Positions 51,512 to 63,671 of a DNA stretch of 64,000 bases are shown here, piece by piece. The notes beneath the pieces are model-generated. The model worked only from the letters and a program-made list of their open reading frames with translations, was not told where the DNA came from and made no database searches. The translations under genes and the position numbers were made by a program. Origin of the DNA: Podarcis bocagei (taxonomy: Eukaryota). The stretch lies in assembly GCA_964188305.1 (NCBI GenBank), contig OZ076890.1; one strand, written 5' to 3'. Positions within the stretch are counted from its first letter, which is position 1; each line of letters begins with the position of its first letter.

Positions 51512-51759
51512 TAGGGTTGCCATATTTCAAAAAGTGAAGATTTGGACACAAAAGTTGAGCTTTCTTGGCAGAGTTGTTGAGCTTTTTCTTTTGGGGGCTG
51601 GGCAAAGTTTTTGACCTATTTTTAAGGAAATTTGCAAAAATCTACACTTTCAACATGGGTTGACATACATCCAGATTTTCCCGGACATTTCAGCAAATTC
51701 TGCTTGGCCACTGTTTACAATGGCCAAATCCCGGCTATGTTGGACGTATGGCAACCTTA
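51512..51759. mobile_element. Old TIR element (hAT-Blackjack-like ends); relative at 54007-54129
   Basis: TAGGGTTGCCATA...TATGGCAACCTTA. Confidence 0.6.
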
Positions 51760-52674
51760 ACTTCTAGGGTGTTTATACATCTTGCTGTTAATCATTTGCT
51801 CATTCCACACTTTTCAGTGCATTTCCCTGCCTCTTTCCTATTTGCAGGTCTACTCTATGAATTACATTTCTATGGTCTGAGTCTGTCTTTCAGCAAATAC
51901 AACTTTACGGTCCTAACCCCTTTCATACATTAGCTAACATTGTGCTTGTTAGTTTTGACTGCAAATCTCCCACAGCATTCACATGGGAGTTTATTCTACT
52001 TCCCTGATGCTCCCATAACTGTTAATGTACACATTACACCTGAGCTTTCACATGATGCAAAAGCCGCTTTTAGAAATATAGCAGAATATAGTGCAAGTTT
52101 AGCACTCATTTCCATGTTATTTGCAAACAGATTTTTTTATGGAAGCAAATAACACAGGAATGAGTGCTATACTTGTGCTGTATTCCCAGAAGTGTCTTTC
52201 ATGTTATGCAAAAACTCAAATATAATGTGAAAATTAGCAGTTAGGAAAACATCGGGAAAATGGAATAAACTCTATATGAATGCATCATGCCAGCCCAATG
52301 GCATTTCCAAAGTGTGCAGCAGCTCCCTTATTGGCAGGTGTCTGATGAACCACTCCTTCTCTTTTAAAATGTACAATAAAGCATGTGTGTTTGTGTGGAT
52401 TACAAGTTCATAGGCCAATCTTGCAGAAGTCAGTGGATTTTCATGTGGTCCCCATGAAATATTTCCAAATCCACACCCTTCGTTTTGTTGGAAAGAAAGG
52501 TCTGATGGATGCAGAATGGCTTCACTTGCTACAAGATTTATAGGCTACTCTTTGGTATAAAACTCCTCAGGTAGTGATTGTTTACAATCAATGGCTAATC
52601 GCTGATGATTCATGGTTAAGTATCCATAAATGCAGCCAAGGGCATTTCCCGGGTCCCTATGCCAATCTAGCCTG

Positions 52675-52933
52675 GAAGAAGAAGAAGAAGAAGAAGAAGA
52701 AGAAGAAGAAGAGGAGGAGGAGGAGGAGGAGGAGGAGGAGGAGGAGGAGGAGGAGAAGGAGGAGGAGGAGTTTGGATTTGATATCCCGCCTTTCACTCCC
52801 CTTCAGGAGTCTCAAAGCGGCTAACATTCTCCTTTCCCTTCCTCCCCCACAACAAACACTCTGTGAGGTGAGTGGGGCTGAGAGACTTCAGAGAAGTGTG
52901 ACTGGCCCAAGGTCACCCAGCAGCTGCATGTGG
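52675..52933 (-). mobile_element. 5'-truncated young Squam3-type SINE with an expanded (GAA)n(GAG)n tail
   Basis: Body nearly identical to the 48409 copy; about 95-bp triplet tail. Confidence 0.9.
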
Positions 52934-55349
52934 TGCAAATGATCTGTTCTGTCCTTGATCCTTGACTTACCACTAGTCCAGCTTATTAAAATCAACCTTT
53001 TGAATGGTGAAGTAGAGAATGAAAATCTCATCTGAGCATAAGCTACTCTGGTTGGCTTTTCACAAGTCCACTCTCTTGCGGTCTTGTATGATTTCTTGGC
53101 CTATGTCTCCATGAATGGGTGGGTGCTCTTTCTCAATGTCTCTAATTAAGTTGTTCCTTTGTTTAAGAGTTGAACTTTGGTGGCCCTGGAAATTTCTTGG
53201 CTATTCTGCTATGAGACAGAATCCTGTGTTTATGTTTGTATTGTAACATACCTGGAATCATGTATGACCAATGACAACCTAATTATTCCAAATTTAAGAT
53301 GCATAAATCCTTACTGGCTGCTGGAGGGAAGTGACCATTGGGATCTGGCACAGCTGTAGCGGAGCTGGGCGGACTTCTGGCATTGGCACAGGCCAGGGTA
53401 GAAAGCCACTTCCTCCCCTCCTGGCTGTGTTCACACACAATTGCAGCCAATCATGGTCAAGCTGAGGAGCGTGCTCTGGGAGTGAACCAGAGGGAAAACA
53501 TCTTCCCTCTAGTCCAAGACTATATAGGTCAGCCGTGCCCTACACTCAGCCTCAGTCAGCACTGGATTCCCCATCCTCCTACCCCAAGTGTTATTCTGCA
53601 GGTCTGTCCATGGGTAATCAGGCAGGTCTTGTGTAATAACTTGCTATGGAAATTTTTGGTCAATGTATTCAGGGCCAGGGAGGAATTTGTCTTCAATTTG
53701 TCTTGGGCCTGTCTGAGGGTTTTGCCTTCCTTGTAGCAATTGTCCCATCTTGATGGCAGATAAGGCATTGGGTTGAAACTTTAGTCAAGGTGGGTGAAAG
53801 GGGGCTGCGAGCCTCACCCCCTGGTCCAAGGAATCAGGGCAGTCCATTAAAGGGATCTAGGAGGAGGTGCTTCTGTCCAGACATCCAGATGGGGGATGAT
53901 GGGCCATAGCACTCCCTAAAATGGTGATCTTGGAGGGGGTTACCTTGGTTAATCCTGACAAATAATCAACCAGCAGCAGTATGGTTCATGGCTTCACCCA
54001 CAAAGGTAGGCTTGCCATATGTCAGGAAAATTCCTGACATGTCCTGGTTTTCGGGTGTAAAAATGGCATTGGGGGAATTTTGCTGAAGTGGCAAAATGTC
54101 TGGGGAAACCCGGAATTATGGCAACGCAATGGAAAAAGCAGTGGAAACAGCTTCAAAAGCTTAAAATTTGAGGAAAGGTTTTCCCAAAGCTCAACAATTT
54201 TGGTGGTTTCCTAAAAGAAAACTCCTTTGCAGCCTCTTTTCCCAAATAAAATAACATTAAGCAATGGCTCATAAATGCAGCAACCACAGCACACTTGCCT
54301 CCTACACCATAATGAGGTTGATAGTTGTAATGAGAAGGTACTCACACATAAGGGCACAATTTATGCATCTCCATCCACGTAGTGATTGCCTCTTGCACAA
54401 GTGCCTTCCAGTTTGAGCACAGTTGTAGACTCATAGGTCCACAGTCTTTGAGGTGATTGTATGGGATCCACCAACCCTTCTTCTTGAAGAAATCCAGCAT
54501 GGGGTGGGATGAGGGTTAACCTTTGAACTGTGCACTACAAATGAGAAATAAACAGTTTCAAGCAAGAATGGGTAGGGTATGATAACTTTTTGAGAGATTT
54601 CCCACCCTTTGGCATACTGTTCATTTCTAAATTGGATTTTAGGAGGTAATTGGCTAGTTGCTGTTGGAAACAGAATGCTCAACTTGATGGGTCATAGTTT
54701 GATTCAGTAAAGCAATTCTCCCGCATTGTTATGTTCCTCCTATCAAATCCAAACCCATTTTGTCCACTCTAAGCCAGGTATGTAGCTGTTTCTCTTCACA
54801 CAGTAATGTTCACATTGATGTCAAAAGAACACTATATTCCACTCAGCATGCCTCTGTCTAAAGAAGAAAAATTATTTATCTTGGCCTAACTTACAGTGGT
54901 TAGGAATAAAACCCAGAGCCTATTGGATTAAGGAAGAAATGACAAGCCAATTTGAGATATTTTTGTACCATGCTGTTGTCACCATTCCATAGATTTAGGT
55001 TCTACTGTACAGCCATATATTCATCTACGTCTCTTCAAGAAATATGCAGCGCATATACTCCAAAGTGTAGCATTCTGAACATCTTAACCTGTCCTTTTAT
55101 TTATTTATTTTGCTGACACATCCCCACCCAGCATTGCGCTTTACCTTGTAAAAGATTATTGTGATTTACAAAGTTTCTGCCTTAAAGTAAAGAAGCCTAT
55201 ATAAGGCCAGAGGGAGTAGAAATGTCTCCAGGAGACTTCCATTATCAAACATCTCATGCCAAACTCTTCACATGGCAAAATCCATAAACAGAATGAGTGT
55301 CAGACCACAGGAAACTAGTGCCATATATAAAGTTATGTCTATCTGCTTT

Positions 55350-55720
55350 AGTGCTGACATACACGGGCTCCCTTTGAAGACAATGTAGAAACTGTAGATG
55401 ATGCAGAATTCAGAGGCCACATTGCTAGCAAAGACCACACACTCTTAACATACAAAACCAATTCTGGTTAAGCTGCACTGTTTGCAGATTCATCTCTGAG
55501 CCCAGTGCAAAATGTTGGTTTTAACTTATAAGGCAGTACATGACTTGAAAACATCATATCTTGTGAGATGTCTTTTGCTACCTAGACCCTGAGATCATAA
55601 CTGGGGCACTATATTTACAAGTCCCTTCCAACAGAAGTCCAGAAGATGACAACAAGAGATCAGACCTCTTTACTGGTGTCCCATTGCAAGTAAAATGCTC
55701 ACCCCAGGGAGAGTCACCTG
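55350..55720 (+). mobile_element. Highly degenerate L2 fragment
   Basis: gggctccctttgaagaca..gaaactg..tgcagaat, ctgcactg, aatgttggttttaacttataagg parallel the 37770 copy. Confidence 0.6.
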
Positions 55721-57406
55721 GTTCCAACATTAATATTTCAACCCCATGTTAACATGGGTTGGCATTTTATCTGGGTAATCTTCTGGTGATCTTACGCATA
55801 TCGGAGGAAAATAGGCATTTGTTATTTATAATTACTGTATGGTCACTTTTAGCTTGTTGGCTTTCTGGTTTTAAATGTTGCAATTCATATTGAAATTTAT
55901 TTTCACAAGTCACTTTGAGACTTCCTTATGCAAAACAACAATTAAAATGTATGATGGTAATAAGAATAAGAAGCTGCACATCCAATGTGAATTGGGTCTT
56001 TTTGTATGCTTGTCCCTGTTGTTTCTTGAAACCCATTTTTACATGGCCTAATAACATGTACAGGTACATTTTCATTGATACTCTAGGGTTCAAGATCTTG
56101 GGAACATCTCAAGACGTACTGCTAGACACAAACAACTTACAGGCTGCAGGATCACCAAGTGGGTGGGTGAATTTGAGAACAAAAGAAAGGCAAACCGATT
56201 GTTCTCCAGCACTGGCTAGGTGTCAGTATTTACACCATAAAAATGACCACTAGCTTGATCAACATGGTCAACTAAAGTTAAAGTCCAGGTGAACATCATA
56301 TGAGCTGGTTCTAGATGTTGCCACAAGGGGGAATTGTGAACAAACAGTTGGAACAAAGAGTAAGCTACAGTAGAAGACAAGACTGACTTTACACTTGGGT
56401 TAAACTATAACAGATTATACTGAGTTGCTCAATACTATACTAAGCATGGGTCTTTTGACAAGGACAAAATTTGTTTAATTGCCTTTTCAGCAAGTGCCAG
56501 TTACTCTAAATTTCTCCCTTTCTTCCATTTGTCATGAGGAAGGTCTAATTTCTAGAATAAATTAAACACATGTTTGTCTTACCGATTGTTTCCACAATTG
56601 ATTATGAGAATTCAGGAAACTCTCCCATACACAACTGGAGTTGAATTCTGCTTCCCCCAGGGTTTAGGTTCAGGCCTGTCTTATGCACTTGAACGAAGCA
56701 GGACTGAACCATCTGCACATACATGGGGAGTTCATTCTTGTTTTCTACAGGGTTCAACTGCATGATTAACCAATCCAGACATGTCTCTACCTGGCCCACA
56801 ACAAACAATAAATATGAAGTATGGGGTTGGGCAGGTGAATGAGCTTTGGAGAAAGCAGCCTGCTGGGTCAAATGGGGAGGGCTGATGAACCAAATCTGGC
56901 CCATAGGCCAGAGGTTTACCATCCCTGCTCTCCTAATTTTTGTCATAATTCATCTATTGAATCTGTTACACACACAACACACACACACACACAGTGACTT
57001 AGGGAAGTTCAGCTGTTGTTGTTTACAGGCTGTATAAACAGGCACGGTAATTGTTTTCTTCCGCTATTCATTTCAGAAATGAGGCATTGCCAACCCTAAT
57101 TTGTAAAACCACTGGCTACATTTTCAAATCTTGCCTGCATGTCCAGTGCTTGGTTAATGAATTTTTCTTTTCTTTAAAAGTACTCACGTGTTAATGGAAG
57201 AAATGCATCTATGATTTTAGGCAGTATTTACTCATGCAGTAAATTAATTTCTCCCCTAAAAATAACTCTTGGATATTAAATACACTGAAATGTATTAACA
57301 GAATGTTAAGGATGAATAGTTAAAATTTAAGAAGCTAGAGCATGCTAAAGTCAAAGTTGGCTTCCGTGTTTTCACTGCCTATTTTCCTAACCCTCTGCCA
57401 CTGCAG

Positions 57407-57439
57407 GATGTCCACTACTACAGGATCCCTGATTGGTAG
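57407..57439 (+). CDS. Candidate terminal coding exon (DVHYYRIPDW* in phase 0) of an unidentified long-intron gene
   Basis: Acceptor ttttcCTAACcctctgccactgCAG with branch-point motif; about 1.1 kb of AU-rich UTR-like sequence follows, with AATAAA near 58427 and ATTAAA near 58557; frame unverified. Confidence 0.3.
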   Translation, partial: DVHYYRIPDW

Positions 57440-58614
57440 CCCTCCAGCCTCCACCTGAAGACCTCCATCCCATAGTCTAACAGCTGGTGCCAGCAGAAAG
57501 TGCAAATCCTGTACTTTAGGTGAGATCTGATCTATGTACCTGTTATTTGCATGTAGGGTATATTCATGTACAGAGTGGGACCGTACTTTTAGAAACATAG
57601 AAAGCTACTTTATACCATGTCTGACCATTGCCCCATCTAGCCCAATATAGAGTCCATATCAGGAAGCCCAGGCGAGACATTTAAACTACAGTCTTCAAAA
57701 ATCTTGCCCAGGTTACGTATTTTACCCTTTGCTGCACTGGTTTCATGCAAAATTAAAATAGAATATGCCAAGCTCAGATTTCAAATTGCAATCTTCGGTT
57801 CTACATCCCAAAGCTATTATTCATTTTTTCATTACTCATTTATTTATTTATTCATATTAAGATGCAAATTCATGCTTGCCTTTATTTAAGTTTGTGTACT
57901 ATATTTATAATTTGATTTCTGCCTTTCCCTAGTGGCTTCTACTCTCAAGAAGGAAGATGAAAATTCTGAATATGCAATATAAATGTTGATAATGTGAACC
58001 ATTATCTAGACATGTTGTAGAATCAACTTGCGTGTAAATCCTAGTACTAATATTACTGCTAATAATAATGAATTATTTTGTCCTAAACATTTACCTACTA
58101 TTTTTAACCCATCAAACAATGCACCTGCTGGTCCAGATTGCCATAGCCACACCTTGGAGCAGTAGTTTAAACTGAATGTTCTTTACGCACGCAAAAGGAC
58201 ACAAGTCACAGCCTCCATTGTGGGTATTCCAGGCTATGGTGGTTGCGATACATTCAGCTTTATCAGCTCTAATTTTGGGGTAGGGTTTTATTTTATTTTT
58301 TATATTCTAGGCTGTAGCTGATTAGCTGTCTCTATTAACATATTTAAATCAACAGATGGAAGACGTATTCTGCCCAAACAACAACTGTGGGGGGGCCATG
58401 GAAAGCCTCTTTTTGTGGAATTATCCAATAAACTTTTTGGCAGCACAAAAAAAGCAGAACTGGAATATTACATTGTAGTCTTGTCCCAAAACCTGTCCTC
58501 CAATTTTTTGATAAAGTTTACTTCTCCTATCAGATATGTGTCTGTTTCTCTGCCTCATTAAAGGTTACTGTAGGATTTCTCTGTTATTTTGGTGGGGATC
58601 TCTAGTGGAAGTTA

Positions 58615-59658
58615 CCGTATTTTGCGCCCCATAAGACGCTCCGGCCCATAAGACGCACCTAGTTTTTTTGGGGGGAAATAAAGAAAAAAAAATTTATTTC
58701 CCCCCCCAGGTGCGGGGCTGGAAGAACCAGGTCGGGGAACAGTGGGAAGGCACGCTCTGCCTCCCCGCTGTCCCCCGAGCTTGTGGGGCTGGCGATGGGG
58801 AGAAGTGCACCAGTCCCGGGAGGGCAGGCAGCTCTGTGCCGCCATCCCGAGCGGGGCGGGACTTAGCGCCCCGCTCGGGATGGCGGCGTAGACCTGCCTG
58901 CAGTCCCGCGACGGCAGGCAGCTCTGTGCCACCATCCCGAGCGGGGCGGGACCTAGCGCCCCGCTCGGGATGGGGCGTAGACCTGCCTGCAGTCCCGGGA
59001 CGGCAGGCAGCTCTGTGCCGCCATCCCGAGCGGGGCGGGACCTAGCGCCCCACTCGGGATGGGGCGTAGACCTGCCTGCAGTCCCGGGACGGCAGGCAGC
59101 TCTGTGCCGCCATCCCGAGCGGGGCGGGACTTAGCGCCCCGCTCGGGATGGCGGCGCAGAGCTGCGCTGGTCCCAGGACCGCAGGCAGCTCTGCACGGCC
59201 ACCGGGAGTGGGGCGGAGCTTAGCGCCCCGCTCCGGATGGCAGCGCAGAGCTGCGCTGGTCCCAGGACCACAGGCAGCTCTGCGCGGCCACCGGGAGCGG
59301 GGCGGAGCTTCGCCCCCGGCTCCCGGTGGCCGGGCAGAGCTGCGCTGGTCCCAGGACCGCAGGCAGCTCTGCGCGGCCCCCGGGAGCGGGGTCGGAGCTT
59401 CTCCCCCGGCTCCCGGTGGCCGCGCAGAGCTGCGCTGGTCCCGGGATTGCAGGCAGCTCTGCGCAACCTTCGGAGCCGGTCTCCCGAGGGTTGTGCAGAG
59501 CTTCCTGAAGCCTGGAGAGCGAGAGGGGTCGGTACGCACCGACCCCCCCTCACTCTCCAGGCTTCAGCGAAAGCCTGCATTCGCCCCATAAGACGCAGGC
59601 ACATTTCCCCTTCATTTTTGGAGGGGGAAAAGTGCGTCTTATGGGTCGAAAAATACGG
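58615..59658 (-). mobile_element. Tc2/pogo-like MITE (1044 bp) with an internal tandem hairpin array
   Basis: TIR CCGTATTTT / AAAATACGG, TA TSD; ends homologous to 49668-50014. Confidence 0.92.
58828..59504. repeat. Minisatellite: 7 units of 89-90 bp plus a shorter terminal unit, each palindromic
   Basis: GCAGCTCTG recurs at 58828, 58918, 59007, 59096, 59185, 59274, 59363 and 59453. Confidence 0.95.
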
Positions 59659-60207
59659 TACTTTATGATAGTGACGTGGCCAAGGGTGGTGTGTCTGTTT
59701 CCCTCTGGCACTCTGTAGCCTCCTTGGCTGCCCATGCTTCCTGATCTGAAAAAACCAAAGCACAGGAGATGTTTCCACGTGACATCTTCTCCTGGACTTT
59801 AATTGAAATGCAGAAAGCCAGGGAGGCCAGCTACCAGAAGTAGTTAGCCGAGCGGTGAAGGAAAGCTATGTCGCAAACCTGGCTTTGCCATGCTGAGCAT
59901 CACTGCTATTTACCAAGAGGGAGACAGGGAGTGGCGGAGCCAATTAGACAACTCTGCTGCAACGCCCGAACCATGCTGCGCTCCCCACAAATTGCCCCCC
60001 CCTCTCAGTAAGCAGCAGTGATGCTCAGCATTGGGAAGCCAGTTGTGTGGCATCGCCCTGCCTGCACCATCCCACTGACCACTGTTACTAGCTGCAAGTG
60101 CCTAAGACTGATGCACTCCCTGATTTGGTTGTTAATGGAAGTTGTTCCTGTGGGAATGTTAGGGATTGTAGGAAAGGATATATTGAATAAGTATTATCTT
60201 TCCCTCA

Positions 60208-60803
60208 TGTAGCAGAGCAGATTTTCCTCAATATAGCAGGAAGCTAGTTTGCAGATTCATTTGAATCTCTTTAGTTAAATAATCCAATCTGGCTTGCCCG
60301 GATGGCTTATTCCTGGTGTCCCCTTTTATCCCTCTTAAAAGAATAAAGACACAAGAGTCTTTCCTTAAAAGTAACAAGAAGTTCACTCACATTTCAGTTC
60401 ACGATTAGATCCCTGAAAGGCAGGCTTTACTTAGTAGTTACATAACAATCTGTGAGTTCACCTCACATGGAGCTGGAGCTCATGTGCTGCTGGCTGAGAG
60501 CCAACAGGCAGCAAAAATACATAGAGAACAAAATGGCTGCAGGAGAGCAGCATGGCATCAAGAGAGGGGAAAGCAAGAGATCAGCAAGAGTGAGAGATCT
60601 AGAGAGAAAATGGCTGCATGACTCGGCTCTTTTACAGAGTCAGCCAGGGCCATGCCCATCTCCCAGGGCACATGCAGGGGGAGGAAGCTCCAGATCAGTG
60701 GAACAGGAAGTTACGCTGACTGGAGTAACATCCGCCTGCCTGTGCCCACTCTAGGGAAATAAGGAATGTTGTACTTGACTGTTCCAATGGATTACACCCC
60801 ACA
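60208..60803 (-). mobile_element. LTR-like repeat, homologous to 12020-12568
   Basis: Shared blocks as listed for the 12020 copy; ends CCCCACA. Confidence 0.6.
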
Positions 60804-60829
60804 GTTCCTTTTACTTTAAAAGAAAAGAA

Positions 60830-61290
60830 GAAACAACGGCCAGACACATCTTAGGCAGCTTCCCCACCTACCCACCAGGTCCTTCCCCAGTAACCTGAGG
60901 CATCTTTGTCTTGTATCTCTTTGCTCCACCCTCTTCATTCCTCTCTGTGTTCTGGGAGACCAGTGGAGAGGGAAACTGCTCACAGCAGGAGGTGGAGACT
61001 CCCTGGCTTCTTCAGCAGTCTGTCCCCATCTCCTCTCCAGCCTACGCTTCTGCCTCTGATTCTGGACTGCCCTCTGCCACAGTCTCTTCCTGCTCACTAA
61101 AGCCTGTTGCCACTTCAGCTTCCAACACCTCATCCCAGTCTGCTGTCTGCTCTCTCTTCTCCCCCTGACCACTCATCATTGTTCCACCACCAGTTCCCTG
61201 GCTTTGAGCCTTCTTCCCCTGGGGATTCTCTTGGGGGTTCCCCAACTGGTGCCTCCCACCACTCCTCTGCATCTGGCCAGTCTATGCTGT
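60830..61290 (-). mobile_element. LTR-like fragment related to 42064-42551
   Basis: Antisense gcagaggagtggtgggaggcacc resembles gcagaggaggaatggtggagacca; purine-rich on the minus strand. Confidence 0.5.
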
Positions 61291-61314
61291 AGTTCTGGCC
61301 CTTCCAATTGGCCT

Positions 61315-61490
61315 CTAAAAATATTGGCAGCCATAATAGCTTTCAATATGTTTCTGATAAATCAATCTTATGGGCATCATGGCCCAGGAAACTCCCATAG
61401 TTTTCCCGCTTCCATCAAAGAGCGGTATGTATTCCCGGAATATCTGCATTTCCTGGAATATCTCACCAAGCCCAATAAACAGGTGGGACT
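61315..61490 (-). CDS. Candidate last coding exon (D) of a minus-strand gene: (K)SHLFIGLGEIFQEMQIFREYIPLFDGSG...YYGCQYF*
   Basis: Acceptor catttcttgtatatttgctcTAG; the phase-1 entry uses the longest open frame and matches exon C. Confidence 0.3.
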
Positions 61491-62589
61491 CTAGAGCAAA
61501 TATACAAGAAATGGCATCAAAGAAGTGGGCATATTAAATGTGGGCAAATAAATAGAACAGCCAATTAGGTGATGAGTTGTTGGTTAATGCCAGGTAAAGC
61601 TGGTCGGCAAGAGAAGCCACAATCATACATTCTTAATTTGATGGCTGGAAACAGTTCAGGAAGCATTTCTAATGTGCATTTTCCTCCTTATCCATGGAGA
61701 CAGTGGTTAATAATCAAAATGCTTTCACAAGTAATATGCTTCCCTGACACAAAAGTGGTCAGATGCATTATTTATGAAGATTAGCTGGCTAGCTCTCTTC
61801 CCGGAAATAAGTTTACGTAAGATTGGTTCCTGAGACAATCATCAAGAAGAAAATATTGGTAGAGTCTGAAGCTGCCGTTTAAAAAACCCAGTCATTATTC
61901 AAATTCTTTTTTAGTGTTCATATTTTTTTCCCTTTCGTATTAGACATTTCTGACACTATACAATTCATGTCCAACTGATTATTGCATTTTTATGGGAACT
62001 TTTCATCAGGCCAAGAAAGGCCACCGCAACATGAGTGAAACAATCATCGATTTAATAAGCCTCCAATTTTCTAAGGCACAAACCTGCTGATTAGATGGAA
62101 GCCATAGGACCCCCTTTCCTGCAGAGCACAGGAATTGCTTGGGAATATAAGGGGTAAGATTATCTTTTAGGTCTTTAGAACTTGACTGGATTCCTGAACC
62201 ATTGATCTTTCTTGCTGCCTAGACCAATTGAGTTACACTCAACAGTAAGTTAACAGGAGATAAGGAGGGGAAGATGTAATGGAGTGTAAATAGAGTCTTT
62301 TTGTGAGACGCCATTTGCTCAGGAGTTTTAACAAGTTCATTGAGTGCCTTTAAGACTAAGTACACATTATACCTTTAAAGTACACTGAAAGCTCATTCTT
62401 TCCCTCAAAGAATTCTGGGCACTTCAGGTTGTTAAGAGCTGCTGAGAATGGCAACTCCGGGAGTGGTAAACTACAGTGCCCAGAATTCTTTGAGAGAATG
62501 TCTCTTGAATGTGCTTTAAAGGTACAGCCTTTAAAAGGTAACTGTTGAACACTTTGTAGGCATCTCTTGCCATTTGGAAACATCCTTAC

Positions 62590-62690
62590 TCTGTAGCCAA
62601 ACACTCATGATATTTGGATCATAGACAGCTCTGTGATCTACGATTTCATGACTGCATTCCATTTTCCGTTTACGGGGGTCTAGAATGTCC
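62590..62690 (-). CDS. Candidate internal exon (C, 101 nt): DILDPRKRKMECSHEIVDHRAVYDPNIMSVWLQ
   Basis: Acceptor ctttattgtttaTAG, donor GTAAGG; only one frame is open. Confidence 0.4.
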
Positions 62691-62941
62691 CTATAAACAA
62701 TAAAGCCAGTTTTAGATTCACCCTTTCTGTCCCCCAAGTGAATATGAAATATATTTTTCCATTGTTTCTCAGCATTCCTAAAATGAATGTTTTGGTGGTG
62801 AAGAAATGTGAGTCAACTTCATGTTTTATGTTCCGTATCTTGCCCCCCCTCCCCCCCCAAAACCCCATCCATTATTCTATTTCTGTTGCTAAGAGAAAGG
62901 GAGTTGTTGCCAAGTAACAAATATCTGTGTCCAGCACGTAC

Positions 62942-62993
62942 CAGTATGTTCTGTGTCGCATACGAAATGCAACCCCCTCTGTCCCCAACAATT
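62942..62993 (-). CDS. Candidate exon (B): LLGTEGVAFRMRHRTYW; alternative acceptor would start the exon at 63030
   Basis: Acceptor ttgactctcttcttgtccttGAG (or ctccttccccaccTAG), donor CTG/GTACGT; the phase-2 exit joins the open frame of exon C. Confidence 0.35.
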
Positions 62994-63671
62994 CTCAAGG
63001 ACAAGAAGAGAGTCAACCGTACATCACAGTCTAGGTGGGGAAGGAGCAATGAGTGGGCCTTTCTGATTCAGAAAGACTCAACAACAACACAATCTGCCTA
63101 GGACTTTCTGGAAAGGTGTGCACGGTTAGGTTGGGTGCTAAGTGACCGCCTCCTAAGTAAAGCTGATGATGCTACAACAGTATCATTGCACATCTGTTTG
63201 CCTTATGAGAGACACCCCATCGGCAGAATCCCTTCCCCATCAGGACTATAGTCATTTCATTGCCAGTCCAAAGCTTATTTATTTGCGAAGGCACTTTTAC
63301 AGAGTTGTCTGTTTGTTTGCTCTACTTGTTTTTTCTCTCTCCCGTCAGTATAGAATGATATGTTTGTTTTATGTATTGCAGGGAAAGCCAACCTGGTGCC
63401 CTCCAGACATTGTTGAACTCCACAATTCCCATCAGCACCAGCCAATGGTCAGGGATGGTGGGAGTCGCTGGAGGGAAACTTTCTAGGGTTTCAGGCATGG
63501 CCTTCTCCCAGACGTACCTGAAGATGCTAGGGTTTCAACTTGGGGCTTTCTGTGTGCAAAGCTGATGTTCTACATTCCCATTTCTTTTCTCACATATACT
63601 TCCTTGTTATCTACGAAGATTAAACACAGTTTATTCTACCATGGAGGAGGAGGAAGCAGAGTATTTATTAC

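Noticed and set aside
52545-52942. Poly-Glu, poly-Lys/Arg and poly-Ser ORFs
   Set aside because: Translations of the SINE triplet tail.
58828-59504. CRISPR-like look: a palindromic ~37-bp constant segment alternating with ~52-bp variable segments
   Set aside because: The 'spacers' are homologous to each other and self-complementary, the array lies inside eukaryotic TIRs in vertebrate DNA, and there are no cas genes.
58612-59778. Overlapping 107-215 aa ORFs on both strands
   Set aside because: Stop-poor GC-rich tandem repeat; repetitive translations with no transposase motifs.
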